From contig JAUGWO010000069.1 in the NCBI GenBank assembly GCA_049724395.1, forward strand, positions 124,001 to 188,000: a stretch of 64,000 nucleotides of DNA, read 5' to 3'. Shown here piece after piece: positions 61,063-64,000 of the stretch (within the stretch, counting starts at the first letter, position 1; each line of letters begins with the position of its first letter). The position numbers and the translations under genes were made by a program. The notes under the pieces were generated by a model. That model had not been told where the DNA came from, did no database searches, and saw only the letters and a list, made by a program, of their open reading frames with translations. This DNA is from Spongospora subterranea f. sp. subterranea (Eukaryota).

Positions 61063-64000
61063 ATGAGTGTCCTGGAGTCGTTCGCAGGGCGATCCCTGCT
61101 CATCACTGGCTGCACCGGGTTCATCGGCAAAGTGCTGCTTGAGAAACTGTTCCGCTGCGTCCCTAAGTCAGGATAATTACTGTCGTTCATCAGTGTCTCA
61201 CCTTGGCGGTTTGTAACCGTGATGAGCGCAGGATAAACTCGATGTATCTGTTGATTCGACCAATCAAAGGCTGTTCTGCGGAGCAAAGGGTGCGGAATGA
61301 GATCATATCGTCACCAGTATTTAATCGGTTGCGTCATGAAATTGGGGACGCTCAATTCGAAAACCTCGCGAAGACAAAGATCGTGGTTCTCTCCGGTGAT
61401 CTTGGCCAACAAAAACTGGGTTAGGGAAAAGTCATGTATGTCTCTCAGGCGAATGACGTCCTATTAGGTCTATCTGAATCATGGATCAAAATTATCAGCG
61501 AAAAGATCAACATCATAATCCACTGTGCAGCGTCTGTGGATTTTAACTTGAGACTTGATTTGGCCGTAGAACAAAACGTATATGGGACGATGCGCGTTTT
61601 GGATATCGCCGAATCCTGCAAAAACTTGGAAATATTTGTCCACATCTCTACAGCCTACACCAACTGCACCCAAACAGACCACATAATTGAGGAGAAACTC
61701 TATCCGTGTACGTTCGATATCAATGAAATGTTGGCTACGATATCCAGGCTTAGCAGCCGAGAGCTCCAGAAGGTGACGGTTGATGCATTAATCGGAGATT
61801 GGCCCAACACCTACACCTTCACCAAGTTCATCACTGAGCATTTGATTGCTGAGCGCTGCAAGCAATCGAAGTTCGCGGTGTCTATTGTGAGGCCCACAAT
61901 TGTTGGAGCGGCCTGGGTCGAACCAATACCTGGATGGATTGACGTAATATCTGCAGCAGGGGCCCTCTATGTGGCTGTTGGACTTGGCGTTGTCCGGGTA
62001 TTGCCAGGTGTGCTGGCAGACGTACTCCAATTCACCTATTTAACCTTTTGTCTGCAGGCAACCCAGACCACATTGGTGATATAGTCCCCGTCGATTTCGT
62101 CGTCAACGCGATCCTAAGATCCGTTCCAATTGCGCTATCGCAACCGAATCGATTTTTCATATGTCAAGCTGCTGCATCGGTTATTAGACCTTGGCGATGG
62201 AGGCATGCTATAAATACTGTTAGTGCCGCAAATGTCCGATCACATTCGTCGATTGTCTTAGTAATATTGATACAGCTTCCGACATTCTTCGACACACATC
62301 CTTCAAAACATGCGATATCTCCAACTGTATCTTTCACTATGATTCCTAACAAGACTATGTACGAAGTCCATTTTCTAGCCCGATATGCGGTTCCCTCTGC
62401 GATATTGAATGCCGTATCTTTTATTGGAACTAAAACGCAAAAACGCACTGCAGAACAGTTCCAGAGATTGATCGTGAAACTCCACACATTGGTTGACGCG
62501 TTTCGCTATTTCACGGAACATGGTATTGGTTTTCTTTCATCATCAACGCGTACAACGCGACACCCAATATCTGTGCAGAATGGCGCTTCGATTGCCAAAA
62601 GTTGTTTTCTATCGGTAATGAAGTATATGAAGCGGAAGCGGAACATTTTTGGTTGGACCTCTCGCCAATTGACTATACTCAATATCATCGAGCATTCGCG
62701 TAAACGCTCATTTTGCCTTGGTATGGTGCACGAGAAAATTTCACTAACCATCGTTACCAGATATGGACTACTAAGATTTGTCCTCAAAGAAGACCTAATC
62801 GAGATCGACGATCCCAGGTCGTCAAGGCAGATCTGTCTAACTACGCAAAATGGCGAACAAGTCGCAGGCAATGGTCCGCCTCACTTGGGATGATTTTCCG
62901 CCTCTAACGTCCACGTAGGAATGATATCACGAGTATTCCCAGACCTGTTCTGGGCTGTGTCGCAAATGAAGCAGCAGCCGTCGATTGGTGGCCCTAACCT
63001 CACCGATATGAAAGCAGCAGTTCTGTCGTCCCCAAGGGTACAAGCAGTTCTGACAAAGCTTACGGAGGATCAGCCGGATGTATCACCGGCTCAAGCCGCA
63101 GCACATGCAGCTAGCATCCTAGATCTTATGGTTGGCGACATCAAGCCCTCCGTGATGACAGGAATGGCTGCTGGTTTGAAAAAACTTTTCCGCCGGCTCT
63201 ATTCCAACGTATTCATTAATCACGATGGCGTTGAAAGCGTTAGGAGAGCGTCAACTGATGGTGTTCCAATCATCTACGTTCCTACTCATCGCTCTTTATA
63301 TGGACTTTCTTCTACTATCATACACCTGTTTCGTCAATTGCTTGCCCGTGCCTTATATCGCGGCTGGTGACGATTTTCTTGAGTAACGGTGCGGTTCAGT
63401 ATCAAATAAGGACTCATTTTCTCGCAGGGTGGCCGTTGTCCGATATTTGTTCCGTCATTCTGGGGCATTCTTCATCCGCAGGTCGTTCAAAGACGATTTC
63501 GTTTACAAGGCGATCTTCGAGGAATATGTTCGCCAGATATTGTGCCTGGGTAATCGCTGTGTGAGTGTCAAACCATGTTTCCCAATCTTTCTCGAAACAG
63601 GTAAGTCTTTGGAGTTCTTTATTGAAGGCTCAAGAAGTCGTAGCGGAAAGATGGTCCACCCCAAACTAGGTCTTCTTCAAGTAATTTGTAAAACGCTTAT
63701 CGAAGGTGATATAAAAGATGCAATTATTGTGTAAGCTGATTGCTGCGTCGTTTATGATAATTGTTCTAACTTCTTTAGACCTATCGCTATCAATTACGAG
63801 CGAACCTTGGAAGGGGGTATATATTCCCAGGAATTACACGGTAGCTCGAAAATTCAAGAAACTCTCCGGAATTTGATTTCTGCCTCAAAGTCAGTTTTAT
63901 CGTCAAGGTATATGCTGTAGTCTTACACTCCATCGCTCTTGAAAATGTGCTATTAGTTTTGGACGCATATCCATACGAATCGGCACTCCGATTTCCGTTT
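61063..64000 (+). CDS. Fatty acyl-CoA reductase fused to a GPAT/DHAPAT-type acyltransferase (FARAT-like), truncated by the window end
   Basis: TGCTGFIGKV, IIHCAASVDF and PNTYTFTK (FAR), then PTHRS(YMD), GAFFIRR and FFIEGSRSRSGK (acyltransferase); extra T at 63295-63297. Confidence 0.9.

Noticed and set aside
19850..63297. Programmed +1 frameshifting or pseudogenisation of the protease, Treslin and FARAT genes
   Set aside because: No slippery-site/stop motif, no other decay, and all sites are homopolymers; sequencing error is the simpler explanation

Overview
This is intron-rich eukaryotic genomic DNA, with mostly ~50-60 nt GT-AG introns and very short intergenic gaps, from a flagellated microbial eukaryote. 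Gene content, intron style and one lineage-typical repeat protein suggest a phytomyxid (Spongospora/Polymyxa/Plasmodiophora-like); that is an inference. Two gene-dense arms (about 0.6-31.8 kb and 43.5-64 kb) flank a transposon-rich block (about 32-47 kb). Recognisable genes are IFT56, glucosidase II beta, KIAA1328-like, PI synthase, an ABCB6/7-type transporter, Mps1, LRRC45-like, an aspartic protease, tRNA-Leu(CAA), VPS26C, Treslin, Fuzzy-like, a Dispatched-like RND protein and a FAR-acyltransferase fusion. The most notable observations are: (1) a single-ORF fusion of a MenA/UbiA prenyltransferase with a group A FAD monooxygenase; (2) a pogo-type element with a spliced HIRAN-like Cys/His cargo gene and a ~300-bp-arm inverted duplication of its transposase 3' end (a Mu-killer-like hairpin); (3) unusual architectures: TH1-PH-PH-cyclase, Dispatched with EGF repeats, PUB-A20-A20-AN1, and a pogo transposase with an OTU-like tail. 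Several conserved genes carry single-base insertions, most likely assembly errors. All family calls come from motif recognition by eye, with no database search. Exon boundaries and some start codons are approximate.
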